Source: Pseudomonadota bacterium
Lineage (GTDB): Bacteria; Pseudomonadota; Gammaproteobacteria; Coxiellales; Coxiellaceae
Assembly (NCBI GenBank): GCA_018241585.1
Contig: JAFEDN010000480.1
Coordinates: 1-58,023, forward strand
Reading direction: 5' to 3'
DNA length: 58,023 bases
How positions within the stretch are numbered: position 1 is the stretch's first letter; each line of letters opens with the position of its first letter. This document shows, in pieces, positions 19,244 to 28,451 of the stretch. The notes below the pieces were generated by a model. That model was not told the origin of the DNA and ran no database searches. It saw only the letters and a program-made list of their open reading frames with translations. Made by a program: the position numbers and the translations under genes.

Positions 19244-22200
19244 CTAAGTAATTAATTGCAATGTCTGAGATTGATCCTGCTCGCGAGGTTTCAATTCCTC
19301 GGCTAACAGCATATACATGGCTGGTACTACGAATAAAGTAAATAGCGTTCCAATAGCAATGCCCGTAGCGATGACCAGTCCAATGTTGTAACGGCTGACG
19401 GCTCCTGCTCCGGTCGCTAAAATTAACGGAATAACGCCTAACACCATGGCTGCGGTGGTCATTAAGATCGGACGCAGACGAATCCCGGCAGCAATTTCAA
19501 TAGCTTCGCGCTTGGATTTACCAGCCAACTGGGTATCATTAGCAAATTGAACTATTAAAATTCCATGCTTGCTGATTAAACCAATCAAGGTCACTAACCC
19601 CACTTCCGAATAAATATTTAAACTAGCGCCGCCTATACCTAAACTGATAAAAATCATCGCTCCGCAAATTGACATCGGTACACTAATTAAAATGATCAAA
19701 GGGTCGCGAAAACTTTCAAATAAAGCCGCCAAAGCTAAATAAATCACGATCAACGCAAAGAAAAAAGTGACGATCAGGGCACTACTTTCTTGAATATATT
19801 GCCGCGATTGCGAAGCATAATTAACGAAATAATCGGGAGTGATAATCCTTGTGGCGATTTGATTCAGTGTTTGTAAAGCTTGTGCTTGAGTAACCCCAGG
19901 CGCCATCACTGCTGAGATGGTTGCAGAATTTAATTGTTGAAAATGATTAATGGTTTCAGGCACAACACTGCTATGAAATTTAACTACGGTAGACAAAGGA
20001 ACCATTGAACCCGAACTGGTTCGAATATAATAATTTAGTAATTGTTGGAAATTGAGCCGATCCATACGCGAAGTTTGCGGAATCACTTGATAAGATCGGC
20101 CATCCAAGCTGAAGTAATTGATATAATTTTCACTCAAGCTGGAGGTTAAAACATCGCCCACGTCCTGCATAGTTAAGCCCATTTGTGAAATTTTATCCCG
20201 GTCTAAATCAATGGTAACTTGCTGCTTATCAATCTTTAGATCACTATCTAAATACAAAAATTGCCCTGTTTTATAAGCTTCTTGAATAATACTTAGCGCT
20301 ACATCGTTTATCGCCAGAAAAGGATTCGCAGATTGAATGACAAACTGCACCGGCAATCCCTGACCACCACCCGGCAAAGGCGGCAATTCAAAAGCTGCTC
20401 CCTTAACACCTGATATCTCATTTAATTGTTGTTGTGCATACGGAACCATCGACATTTCTGTTTTTCGACGTTGATCCCAAGTCTTTAACACACCACCAAC
20501 AATACTTGAATTAAAACCATTGTTGCCAAAGATTTCAAATGTATGAGCAACTTCCGGCCAGGCCAGAAAATTTTTGGCCATGGGTTTGGAATATAAAATT
20601 GTCTGCGATAAAGAGGCATTAGGCGCTGTAGTCATTTGGGTAATGATCACTCCCTGATCTTCCATCGGAGCTAATTCCTTTTTGGATGTGGCATATAAAA
20701 AATAAATTGAAATTAAAATTAACGAAGCAAAAACCAGGGTAACCGGCAAGTAATCAAGAGAGCGATGTAATCGGCGGGTATACCCTTTCCGTAAATGATC
20801 AAAGGTGTTATCTAAAAATAACATAAACCTATTTTTATGATCATTGATTTTAGGTTTGAGCATTTTTGAAGACATCATCGGTGATAATGTTAGAGCGATA
20901 ATTGCTGAGATGGTAACAGCACCTGCTAAAGTAAAAGCGAATTCGGTAAACAAAGCACCGGTTAAGCCACCCATGAAGCCAATAGGCAAATACACGGCAA
21001 TTAAAATAACCGTAATGGCCAAAATTGGATTAGCTAATTCTCGAGCGCCAATAATGGCTGCATCAATAGGCTTCAGACCTTGTTCAATATGCCGTTCCAC
21101 ATTCTCCACTACAATAATGGCGTCATCGACTACTAAACCAATCGCTAAAACTAATGCTAATAACGTTAATAAATTAATAGAGTAATGGAACATAAACATG
21201 ACGAAAAAAGCGCCAATTAACGATAATGGAATGGTTACTGAAGGAATAATTACGGATCGAACCGATCCTAAAAATAAAAAAATGACCACGGTCACTATGA
21301 TTAAAGCTTCAATGATCGATTTAATCACCTCTTCGATAGATGCATGGACATACTCAGTTGCGTCATAAACTATATTGCTGCGCAATCCCTGCGGTAATTG
21401 CGCTAATATTGAGGGATATATTTGACGAATATTTTTCATCACTGTCAGTAAGTTGGCTTTTGGCGCCACTTGTATGCCGATATAAACAGCATCTTTATTA
21501 TCAAAACTAACTGAAGAATTATAATTCTGTGCTCCTAAAGTCACTGTAGCTACATCTTTAATCCGAACGATGGCATTACTGTTATTTGCTTTAACTATTA
21601 AATTTTCAAATTGTTTAACGGTATGTAAACCGGTAGTAGCAGTTAGATTGATGGTGATCATGTTACCATCGGTACGGCCTGATGCAGAAATAAAATCGTT
21701 AGCCGCCAGCACCTTGGCGATATCAGCAGCAGTAACCCCTAACGCCGACATTTTCAAAGGATTTAACCAAATACGCATAGCAATAAGCTGCTGACCTAAA
21801 ATTTCTGCTTTTTGAACACCATTAACAGCTTGTAATCTAGGCTGAACCACTCTAACTAAATAATCAGTAATTTGATTATTGGCCAGCTCGCCGCTATAAA
21901 AAGCGATATACATAGAATCTACTGTTTCGCTAATCGAAATTCCTAACGTCGGTTGCTGCGACGCAGGCGGTAATTGATTAATCACCGCATTCACTTTGCT
22001 GTTAATGTCGCTCAATGCTGCATTAGAATCATAATTCAATAATAAATTAACTGTAATAATGCTAGTATTTTGGGTACTGATCGAAGTCATGTAGTCGATC
22101 CCATTTGCTTGAGCGATGGAAGTTTCCAACGGAGTGGTAATAAAACCAGCCATTATTTCAGGATCGGCGCCAATATAATAAGTGGTTACGGTAATAATCG

Positions 22201-22327
22201 CGTTTTCTGTAAAAGGAAATTGCCGTATCGGTAATAAACCGACCGAACGAATTCCGAGCACTAATATCAACAAACTGATCACCGTTGCTAAAACAGGTCT
22301 GCGAACAAAAATATCAGTGATCTTCAT
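19244..22327 (-). CDS. RND efflux transporter, inner-membrane permease (AcrB/MdtB-like)
   Basis: 1027 aa. N-terminus MKITDIFVRRPVLATVISLLILVLG. 12-TM/2-loop architecture. Confidence 0.93.
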   Translation of the reverse strand: MKITDIFVRRPVLATVISLLILVLGIRSVGLLPIRQFPFTENAIITVTTYYIGADPEIMAGFITTPLETSIAQANGIDYMTSISTQNTSIITVNLLLNYDSNAALSDINSKVNAVINQLPPASQQPTLGISISETVDSMYIAFYSGELANNQITDYLVRVVQPRLQAVNGVQKAEILGQQLIAMRIWLNPLKMSALGVTAADIAKVLAANDFISASGRTDGNMITINLTATTGLHTVKQFENLIVKANNSNAIVRIKDVATVTLGAQNYNSSVSFDNKDAVYIGIQVAPKANLLTVMKNIRQIYPSILAQLPQGLRSNIVYDATEYVHASIEEVIKSIIEALIIVTVVIFLFLGSVRSVIIPSVTIPLSLIGAFFVMFMFHYSINLLTLLALVLAIGLVVDDAIIVVENVERHIEQGLKPIDAAIIGARELANPILAITVILIAVYLPIGFMGGLTGALFTEFAFTLAGAVTISAIIALTLSPMMSSKMLKPKINDHKNRFMLFLDNTFDHLRKGYTRRLHRSLDYLPVTLVFASLILISIYFLYATSKKELAPMEDQGVIITQMTTAPNASLSQTILYSKPMAKNFLAWPEVAHTFEIFGNNGFNSSIVGGVLKTWDQRRKTEMSMVPYAQQQLNEISGVKGAAFELPPLPGGGQGLPVQFVIQSANPFLAINDVALSIIQEAYKTGQFLYLDSDLKIDKQQVTIDLDRDKISQMGLTMQDVGDVLTSSLSENYINYFSLDGRSYQVIPQTSRMDRLNFQQLLNYYIRTSSGSMVPLSTVVKFHSSVVPETINHFQQLNSATISAVMAPGVTQAQALQTLNQIATRIITPDYFVNYASQSRQYIQESSALIVTFFFALIVIYLALAALFESFRDPLIILISVPMSICGAMIFISLGIGGASLNIYSEVGLVTLIGLISKHGILIVQFANDTQLAGKSKREAIEIAAGIRLRPILMTTAAMVLGVIPLILATGAGAVSRYNIGLVIATGIAIGTLFTLFVVPAMYMLLAEELKPREQDQSQTLQLIT

Positions 22328-22336
22328 TCATGATCC

Positions 22337-23488
22337 TTACAACTGCTCGTTGCGAACTTGAGGATTGGGATTACTGCTGGGAGTAATTTGGTTGTTAATG
22401 ACCACTTGGCTGCCGTTTTTTAATTTCATCTGGCCGCTGGTGACTACCCAATCACCCTGTTTTACTCCTGAAATGACTTGTATTTGATCGCCGCGAGTTT
22501 CACCTACTTGAACAAATGATTGGTTAACGGTAAGAATTGAACGGCCTTTTAGGTCTTTTTTGCCTGTATCGCGGACAATGTAAACGATTTGCCCATACGG
22601 ATTAAAACTGATTGCCGCAGTTGGCAAAGTTAAATATTTTTGCGGTGAACCTACGGTCAAAATGACATCCACAAACATGCCTGGTAACAATAATTTTTTT
22701 GGATTGGGCACAGTGGCTTGAATAGAAACATTTCGAGTATTGTTATCAATTTCCGGCTCAATGGTAGAAATTTTCCCAGTCACGGTTTGTTTAGGAAAAA
22801 CGTTGCTGGCCATATTGATGGTTTGACCCACTTTAACAACAGGCAAATACTGCTGAGGTAAAGTAAATTCTGCATATATAGGGTCTAAGGCTTGGATACT
22901 GACGATTTTAGTTCCTGCCGGCAAGTAATCTCCAGGATTCACTGTTGAAATTCCCAACCGGCCGTCAAAAGGAGCGCGGATGCGTTTTTTAGCGATTATG
23001 GTATTCTCTTGCTCAACTTGTGCTAAATAGACTTGCCATTGAGCGTAATCAGTTTCTACTTGTTGTTGGCTGATGGCATGCACCGCAAATTGTGCAAGGT
23101 CTCTTTTATAGATAGACTGATATAAGTTGGCTTGCGCTTGGTATTGATGGAGAGTAGCCACTTCCGTATCGATATTTAATTCGATCATCAAAGCATTTTT
23201 TTGAATAATGTCACCATCCTTAAAATCTACCTTTCTGACTAATCCATCTAATTCGTTAGTGACAAAAGTTCCCAATACCGCAGAAAAACTACCGGTAGCT
23301 CTTAATTGCTGCTGCCATGGCTGATAGCCGGCAACCGTTGCAGACACTGTAATGGCAGTTGGTTGATTAGCTTTTATCGCTTTAGCCATCATGGACATTG
23401 ACCAGAACTTGAAAATGAAAATCGCGCCAAACAAAATCACCACTGCGATAATCATGATCAACATCCGTTTAGTTAAGCCTTTAGCCAC
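22337..23488 (-). CDS. RND efflux periplasmic adaptor (membrane fusion protein)
   Basis: 383 aa with an N-terminal TM anchor, coiled-coil hairpin and beta-barrel pattern. Sits immediately upstream of the RND permease. Confidence 0.9.
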   Translation of the reverse strand: MAKGLTKRMLIMIIAVVILFGAIFIFKFWSMSMMAKAIKANQPTAITVSATVAGYQPWQQQLRATGSFSAVLGTFVTNELDGLVRKVDFKDGDIIQKNALMIELNIDTEVATLHQYQAQANLYQSIYKRDLAQFAVHAISQQQVETDYAQWQVYLAQVEQENTIIAKKRIRAPFDGRLGISTVNPGDYLPAGTKIVSIQALDPIYAEFTLPQQYLPVVKVGQTINMASNVFPKQTVTGKISTIEPEIDNNTRNVSIQATVPNPKKLLLPGMFVDVILTVGSPQKYLTLPTAAISFNPYGQIVYIVRDTGKKDLKGRSILTVNQSFVQVGETRGDQIQVISGVKQGDWVVTSGQMKLKNGSQVVINNQITPSSNPNPQVRNEQL

Positions 23489-23496
23489 AAGATTTC

Positions 23497-25008
23497 CTAT
23501 TGGGGAAAGTATTTATCATATATTGCTCCATGATTAATTCCAGGTGGCACTACCACTTGCCACCAACCACCTCCGAGCGCTTGGAATAAAGCCGCGGTAT
23601 CGGCATAGCGAGCGGCTTGTGCTTTGACACGAGCAATACTGGTTTGCTGGTATTGTAATTGAGCATTCAACAAGTTCAAATAATTTGTGGCTCCTAAGTG
23701 GTACTGTTTGCCAGTTAAAATGTATGAACCCCGGGCCGAGTTTTCAGCTGCAGCCGCCGCCTTTAACGTTTGCGCATCAATTTCCAAGGCTTGTAACGCG
23801 TCAGCGACATTTTGAAAGGCTTGTAACACGGTTTGTTGATATTGTGCTAATGCTTGCTGATAAGCTGCTTCAGCCGCGGCTTTTTTGGCGATCAAAGCGC
23901 CACCTTCAAAAATAGGTTGCATAACACTTGCGGCGATATTCCAATAGCTACTGGCTGTAGTGAATAAGGTATTTAGGCTGGTTCCTGCCCAACCATAAGC
24001 TGCACTGAGCGTAAGTTGAGGTAACAGATTAGCAGTGGCGACTCCAATTTGAGTCGATGCATAGTGCAGTAAAGCTTCTGAAGCAAGAATGTCAGGACGC
24101 TGCCGGATCAATTCAGAGGGTAGACTGACCGGGATAGCACCAGGCAAGGTTATGTCTGAGAGATAAAACTTGGGTAATGGGCTTAAACTGGGCACATCTC
24201 CTACCAAAGCGGCTAGAGCATCTCTGTTTTGCGCTAAATTTTTTCGCAATGGCGGTAGAGTAGCTTCTATTTGTGCTAGTTGCGTTTGCTGAATTAGCAC
24301 ATCGCCACCTGAAGCAGCGCCTAACCGGTATTGTTGTTCTACAATATACAGAATATTTCTTTGTTCTTTGATTAGCTCCATGGTAGTGGCAATTTGTGCA
24401 CGCAATGAAGCTTCAGTTATTGCGGTGGTAACGATATTAGCTGTTAAGGTTAGATAAGCCGCTTGTTCTTGGTAATATTGATAATCCACTTGGGCTCCAT
24501 AACCTTCTATTTGACGGCGCACCCCTCCCCAAAGATCAAATACGTAAGAAACATTAAAAGCGACATTATACAGGGTATAGGTGATGCTGGGCGCGCCCGG
24601 AGCACCTACTAAAGCACCAGGCTGCCTTTGCCGGGTGACCGAGGCATTGGCAGTGATTTTAGGAAAGAGTTGTCCTTCCGCAGCCCGCAAATTATATTCA
24701 GCCGCCTGCAAGGCGGCTTGTGCTGCGGCTAAATTCGGGCTGTGCTCAATTCCTTTTATGATCAGTTCATTTAAACAAGGCGAGTGGAACAGCCGCCACC
24801 AATCTCCAGGAATATCTCGTCCATAAATCAATTGTTGTGAATTCCCCCCAGCACTCGGCGCAGTAACGGTTTTGCTAGGGATTGGCTTTTCGGTATATCG
24901 ATCAGTGGGCGGTGGAGTCGCCGGCCTAAAATTAGGCCCGACTAAGCAGGCGCTTAGGAAAACGCTTAAGATTAAAAGCAAATTCCTTTTTTTGAAAATT
25001 AATTCCAT
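23497..25008 (-). CDS. RND efflux outer-membrane lipoprotein (NodT/OprM family)
   Basis: Lipobox FLSAC. GDWWRLF motif near the N-terminus. C-terminal ALGGGW motif. First gene of the OMF-MFP-RND operon. Confidence 0.9.
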   Translation of the reverse strand: MELIFKKRNLLLILSVFLSACLVGPNFRPATPPPTDRYTEKPIPSKTVTAPSAGGNSQQLIYGRDIPGDWWRLFHSPCLNELIIKGIEHSPNLAAAQAALQAAEYNLRAAEGQLFPKITANASVTRQRQPGALVGAPGAPSITYTLYNVAFNVSYVFDLWGGVRRQIEGYGAQVDYQYYQEQAAYLTLTANIVTTAITEASLRAQIATTMELIKEQRNILYIVEQQYRLGAASGGDVLIQQTQLAQIEATLPPLRKNLAQNRDALAALVGDVPSLSPLPKFYLSDITLPGAIPVSLPSELIRQRPDILASEALLHYASTQIGVATANLLPQLTLSAAYGWAGTSLNTLFTTASSYWNIAASVMQPIFEGGALIAKKAAAEAAYQQALAQYQQTVLQAFQNVADALQALEIDAQTLKAAAAAENSARGSYILTGKQYHLGATNYLNLLNAQLQYQQTSIARVKAQAARYADTAALFQALGGGWWQVVVPPGINHGAIYDKYFPQ

Positions 25009-25229
25009 TCAATTCCAAGTCCATTTTTTCAGTCATTGTGATTGTACCAAAGTACCGTGGAAAAGTACTAAGTGATGAGCAAGAAACCCTACAATAAAAG
25101 ATTATATGCATAGGCGTCGACCATTAAGTTCTTGATAATTAATAAAAAACAGGCAAAGAAATTTTATTAATATTTACCTAACAAACAGACAGTATAATAA
25201 TTGCTAAGAAATATCAAAATCAATTCATT

Positions 25230-26621
25230 ATGAAAAAAGAAAAAGGGCCAAACTATTTTATCTCGTATGCAAGCACAGCTAATCACAGTTTTATAATAAT
25301 AACCAAACAAGTGATCTCTCCTAAAAATCATCCACAGCCAAAAAACATAGTCATAGCCAGCTTTGGTCTTTATGGAGAACAGGATAGATATCTAACTTCC
25401 ATTCTCACGTGCGGTTTCCGGACAGAAAACGGACGTCTTAGATCAGATCATTTTGTTCTGAATCAAACACCAAAAATGCAAGAGCTCAATGAAATCGAAA
25501 TAGATGATAGGTATTTAGGTGTTAAGTCTTTTCAAGTAAGTCGGAAAACTGCTATTAGAATTTTAAATGAAGCAAAACAAGATGCAAAAATCAATGAACT
25601 TAAGAAACCTGTTATTAAAAAAAGCGATAGAAGATTGCCAACGCGATTGCGAACAGAGGTTGAAACCAAGGCAGAAGATATAACACATTTCTTTGATGAA
25701 GAAGAAAAAAACCACCACTTATGGTTTCGTAATGAATTAAATAAAAACCAAAGAGGCGGTCCTAATTTCAATGGCAGAGATTTTAACTGTAAAAAATATT
25801 CAATTTACATCTTGAGAAAAGCCGGCATTTATGATCCTGATATAGAAAAAGATCGATATCCAAACAGTGTTGCAAGTGGATTAAAATTAGGTCATTTTTC
25901 AGGTCATTGTTGGGAATCAAAGTTAAACGTTGTAACTAATCAAAAAAAAGTTTTAACTTTCCCCAGAAGCTACCTTAATATATTTAATTCTCATAAGGAT
26001 AATCCTATAGAGGGCGCTTTAGCTATCCTAAGAGATTATGCTGAAAATAGCCTTAAAAATAGCATATTTCATCCGAAAAGACATCATTGCTCAATCATCA
26101 GGGAGGCTATTATACATATTGAAAAAAACCGTGAACATTTTAAGGATATAATTAGTATTCTTGTTTATTTAAAAACTAAAGTTAATAAACATAAAGACGT
26201 GGTTGGTTCTTTATATAGAAGGTATGAATTCTTATTAGAAAAATCACGCCAGATTAATCCCGAGGCTATTCCAATTAAACAAGAAATCAAAGAAGTTAAG
26301 CATCTGCAAGCAGTTCTGCCTAGCACTGCTTCAAGAGAAAACATAGACGTAATATATATGGACACTAAACATGTGGGACAAAAGCCTGAAAAACCAGTGG
26401 AGAAAACTGAAAGCGCTGCTCCAGCGGTAAATACCGTAACTTCAAAAAACACTTATAGTCTTTTTAGTTTAAGAAACGCGGGCATAGTTGTAGGTGCTAT
26501 CGGTGGCGTGGCTTCTGGACTGCCTGCGGCAACAGTGCTTGGTTGTGCCGCAGTTGGGGGAATCCTCGGAGGTGTTACTCAAAAACTCGCAGAAAACTGT
26601 GGGATTACTAAAACTAAGTAA
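25230..26621 (+). CDS. low-GC orphan protein, Lys-rich, with C-terminal glycine-zipper membrane anchor; candidate effector
   Basis: 463-aa ORF. Hand count of one 60-nt line in this gene gives 21/60 G+C. C-terminus GIVVGAIGGVASGLPAATVLGCAAVGGILGG. N-terminal His (ANHSFIIIT) plus FNCKKYSIYILRKAGI resembles a permuted papain/PPPDE-LRAT arrangement (weak). Confidence 0.6.
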   Translation: MKKEKGPNYFISYASTANHSFIIITKQVISPKNHPQPKNIVIASFGLYGEQDRYLTSILTCGFRTENGRLRSDHFVLNQTPKMQELNEIEIDDRYLGVKSFQVSRKTAIRILNEAKQDAKINELKKPVIKKSDRRLPTRLRTEVETKAEDITHFFDEEEKNHHLWFRNELNKNQRGGPNFNGRDFNCKKYSIYILRKAGIYDPDIEKDRYPNSVASGLKLGHFSGHCWESKLNVVTNQKKVLTFPRSYLNIFNSHKDNPIEGALAILRDYAENSLKNSIFHPKRHHCSIIREAIIHIEKNREHFKDIISILVYLKTKVNKHKDVVGSLYRRYEFLLEKSRQINPEAIPIKQEIKEVKHLQAVLPSTASRENIDVIYMDTKHVGQKPEKPVEKTESAAPAVNTVTSKNTYSLFSLRNAGIVVGAIGGVASGLPAATVLGCAAVGGILGGVTQKLAENCGITKTK

Positions 26622-26656
26622 GAAAGTCAGAAATATTTAGCGCCACAGCCCTGATA

Positions 26657-28048
26657 TTATAGCGGTTTAGTATTATCTTCTTTGGGTGGAATATGCAAAA
26701 CTTGCAAGTAGGCTGATGTTTCAGCAGCATGCGGAGTAAGTTTAACGGCTTCGCATGGCGGCTGCGAGGGCTCACACTTTTTATCTATAAGCTCCGAAAT
26801 TAATGTGAGATGTTTGGATAAAGCGCCTCTATTAGCTAAAACAGCATGACATCCTTTTTGACCCATTTCTTCGGCCTGTGCCGGATTCCCTAAAAGATTT
26901 AATAAAGATGTGGTTAATTCCTCTGCGTTGCTTACCACTTGTGCACCACCTGCTTTGATCAGCAACTGACTGATTTCAACAAAATTATCTAAGTGAGGAC
27001 CGGTCAGCACTGGAATTTTTAAAATCGCAGGCTCAATTAAATTGTGGCCGCCGATCGGAACAAAACTACCACCAACCACTGCGATATCAGCAGCAGCATA
27101 AAACAACAACAGCTCTCCCATAGTGTCCCCTAAAAGAATCTCAGTGGCAGAGGTGATTGGTTCACGTAAACTACGAATAGCGACCCGGTAACCCGAATTG
27201 ATACAAATTTGTCCCACTTTAGCAAAACGTTCGGGATGTCTGGGCACTAATATCAATAACACATCAGGGAATTTGATACGAATATTTTGTAACGCTTTGA
27301 GGATAACCAGTTCTTCACCTTCATGGGTACTGGCGGCTACCCATACTGGCCGGTTTGAACCCAATTCTTCACGTAATTTCCGGCCTCGTAACTCCAAATC
27401 TGCCGGTAATTGAATGTCAAACTTAATGTTGCCGCAGACTTTTAGTTTATCACTGTCCAGGCCCAGAGATAGATAGCGTTGACCATCCAATTCGCCTTGA
27501 GCAGCAACTACTTTAAAAGTGTTGACCATTTGCTGGGTCAACGAAGCAATTCGGCGATAGCCTCGGCAAGACCGTTCAGAGAGCCGGGCGTTAGCCAACA
27601 TTAATGGCAGATTTCTTTTTGAACAGGCAAACAACAAATTGGGCCACAATTCAGTCTCCAGGATGATACCGATATTAGGATGAGTTCTATCTAAAAAACG
27701 CTGTACGCTTCCCGGTAAATCATAGGGAGTGTTGATGGAAATGACTTGTTGCCCAAAATTTTTAATTACTTGGGCTGCACCGGTAGGCGTGGTCGAAGTA
27801 ATCACTATCTGATATTCCGGATAATTTTTCAACAAAGCGCGCACTAAGGGTACGGCCGCTAAGGTTTCACCCATGGATACGGCGTGGACCCAAATAACTT
27901 TGGCAGCAGTCACTTGCGGAATGAACCCGAACCGCTGCAGCCAGCGTACACGGTATTCTTTGTTATGAACCATAGAACGCCAACCGATCCGTAGCAACAA
28001 AAATGGAACAGCCAGATAGTATAAAATCGAATAAATGTAACGTATCAC
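26657..28048 (-). CDS. waaA: 3-deoxy-D-manno-octulosonic acid (Kdo) transferase
   Basis: Aligns by eye to E. coli WaaA (RWLQRFGF, WVHAVSMGE, GGSFVPIGGHNLIEPA). I prefer GTG 28048 (GGGGAG 7 nt upstream) over the track's TTG 28075. There is an extra ~40-aa C-terminal tail. Confidence 0.88.
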   Translation of the reverse strand: MIRYIYSILYYLAVPFLLLRIGWRSMVHNKEYRVRWLQRFGFIPQVTAAKVIWVHAVSMGETLAAVPLVRALLKNYPEYQIVITSTTPTGAAQVIKNFGQQVISINTPYDLPGSVQRFLDRTHPNIGIILETELWPNLLFACSKRNLPLMLANARLSERSCRGYRRIASLTQQMVNTFKVVAAQGELDGQRYLSLGLDSDKLKVCGNIKFDIQLPADLELRGRKLREELGSNRPVWVAASTHEGEELVILKALQNIRIKFPDVLLILVPRHPERFAKVGQICINSGYRVAIRSLREPITSATEILLGDTMGELLLFYAAADIAVVGGSFVPIGGHNLIEPAILKIPVLTGPHLDNFVEISQLLIKAGGAQVVSNAEELTTSLLNLLGNPAQAEEMGQKGCHAVLANRGALSKHLTLISELIDKKCEPSQPPCEAVKLTPHAAETSAYLQVLHIPPKEDNTKPL

Positions 28049-28202
28049 AAAAAAACTCCCCGTCCGAAGCAGCAATAATTCCCGTTATACTATAATACAT
28101 TGAAAAATATCGTAGACAACTCACACACAGCGCGGGAATCACTGTTCGGTTTAGCGGTAACTGCGTTAGAATAACAATTTATTTCCCTAATAGGTCAATG
28201 CA

Positions 28203-28448
28203 ATGAAAAATTTTTTGTTATTTCGTAAAATGGTAACCCCTTGGTTATTACAATTTTTGTTTTGGGTCTCCTTGATTGTATTTATCCTAGTTGCAATTGT
28301 GGATATCATACACCAGGTTAGCTGGCGTGTCGTGTTTGAAATTTTGATATTAGGCCCGTTGGCTTCACGGATTATCTGTGAGGTGTTAATTTTAATTTTC
28401 CGGATAAACGAAAATCTGATAGCGATCAGAAAAAAATTGGAATCATAA
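28203..28448 (+). CDS. small membrane protein, DUF4282-like
   Basis: 81 aa, two TM helices. Pattern F.F.KMVTP...RIICEVLILIFRINENL is typical of DUF4282. Stops 3 nt before parE. Confidence 0.5.
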   Translation: MKNFLLFRKMVTPWLLQFLFWVSLIVFILVAIVDIIHQVSWRVVFEILILGPLASRIICEVLILIFRINENLIAIRKKLES

Positions 28449-28451
28449 GAT

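Noticed and set aside
20844-21794. Plus-strand ORFs 20844..21185 and 21570..21794. The same applies to the antisense ORFs at 16560..16970, 27198..27413, 29516..29794, 49332..49951 and similar.
   Set aside because: All are embedded antisense in long, well-supported genes (RND permease, kinase, waaA, parE, arcB), with no independent signals.
25160-25200. A TTAATATT octamer (25167..25174) 18 nt upstream of a TATAAT, resembling a PmrA (Dot/Icm regulon) half-site upstream of the 463-aa orphan
   Set aside because: Only one clear half-site is present. The expected tandem partner 11 nt away is poor (GAAATTTTA), and such AT-rich octamers are expected by chance in this composition.
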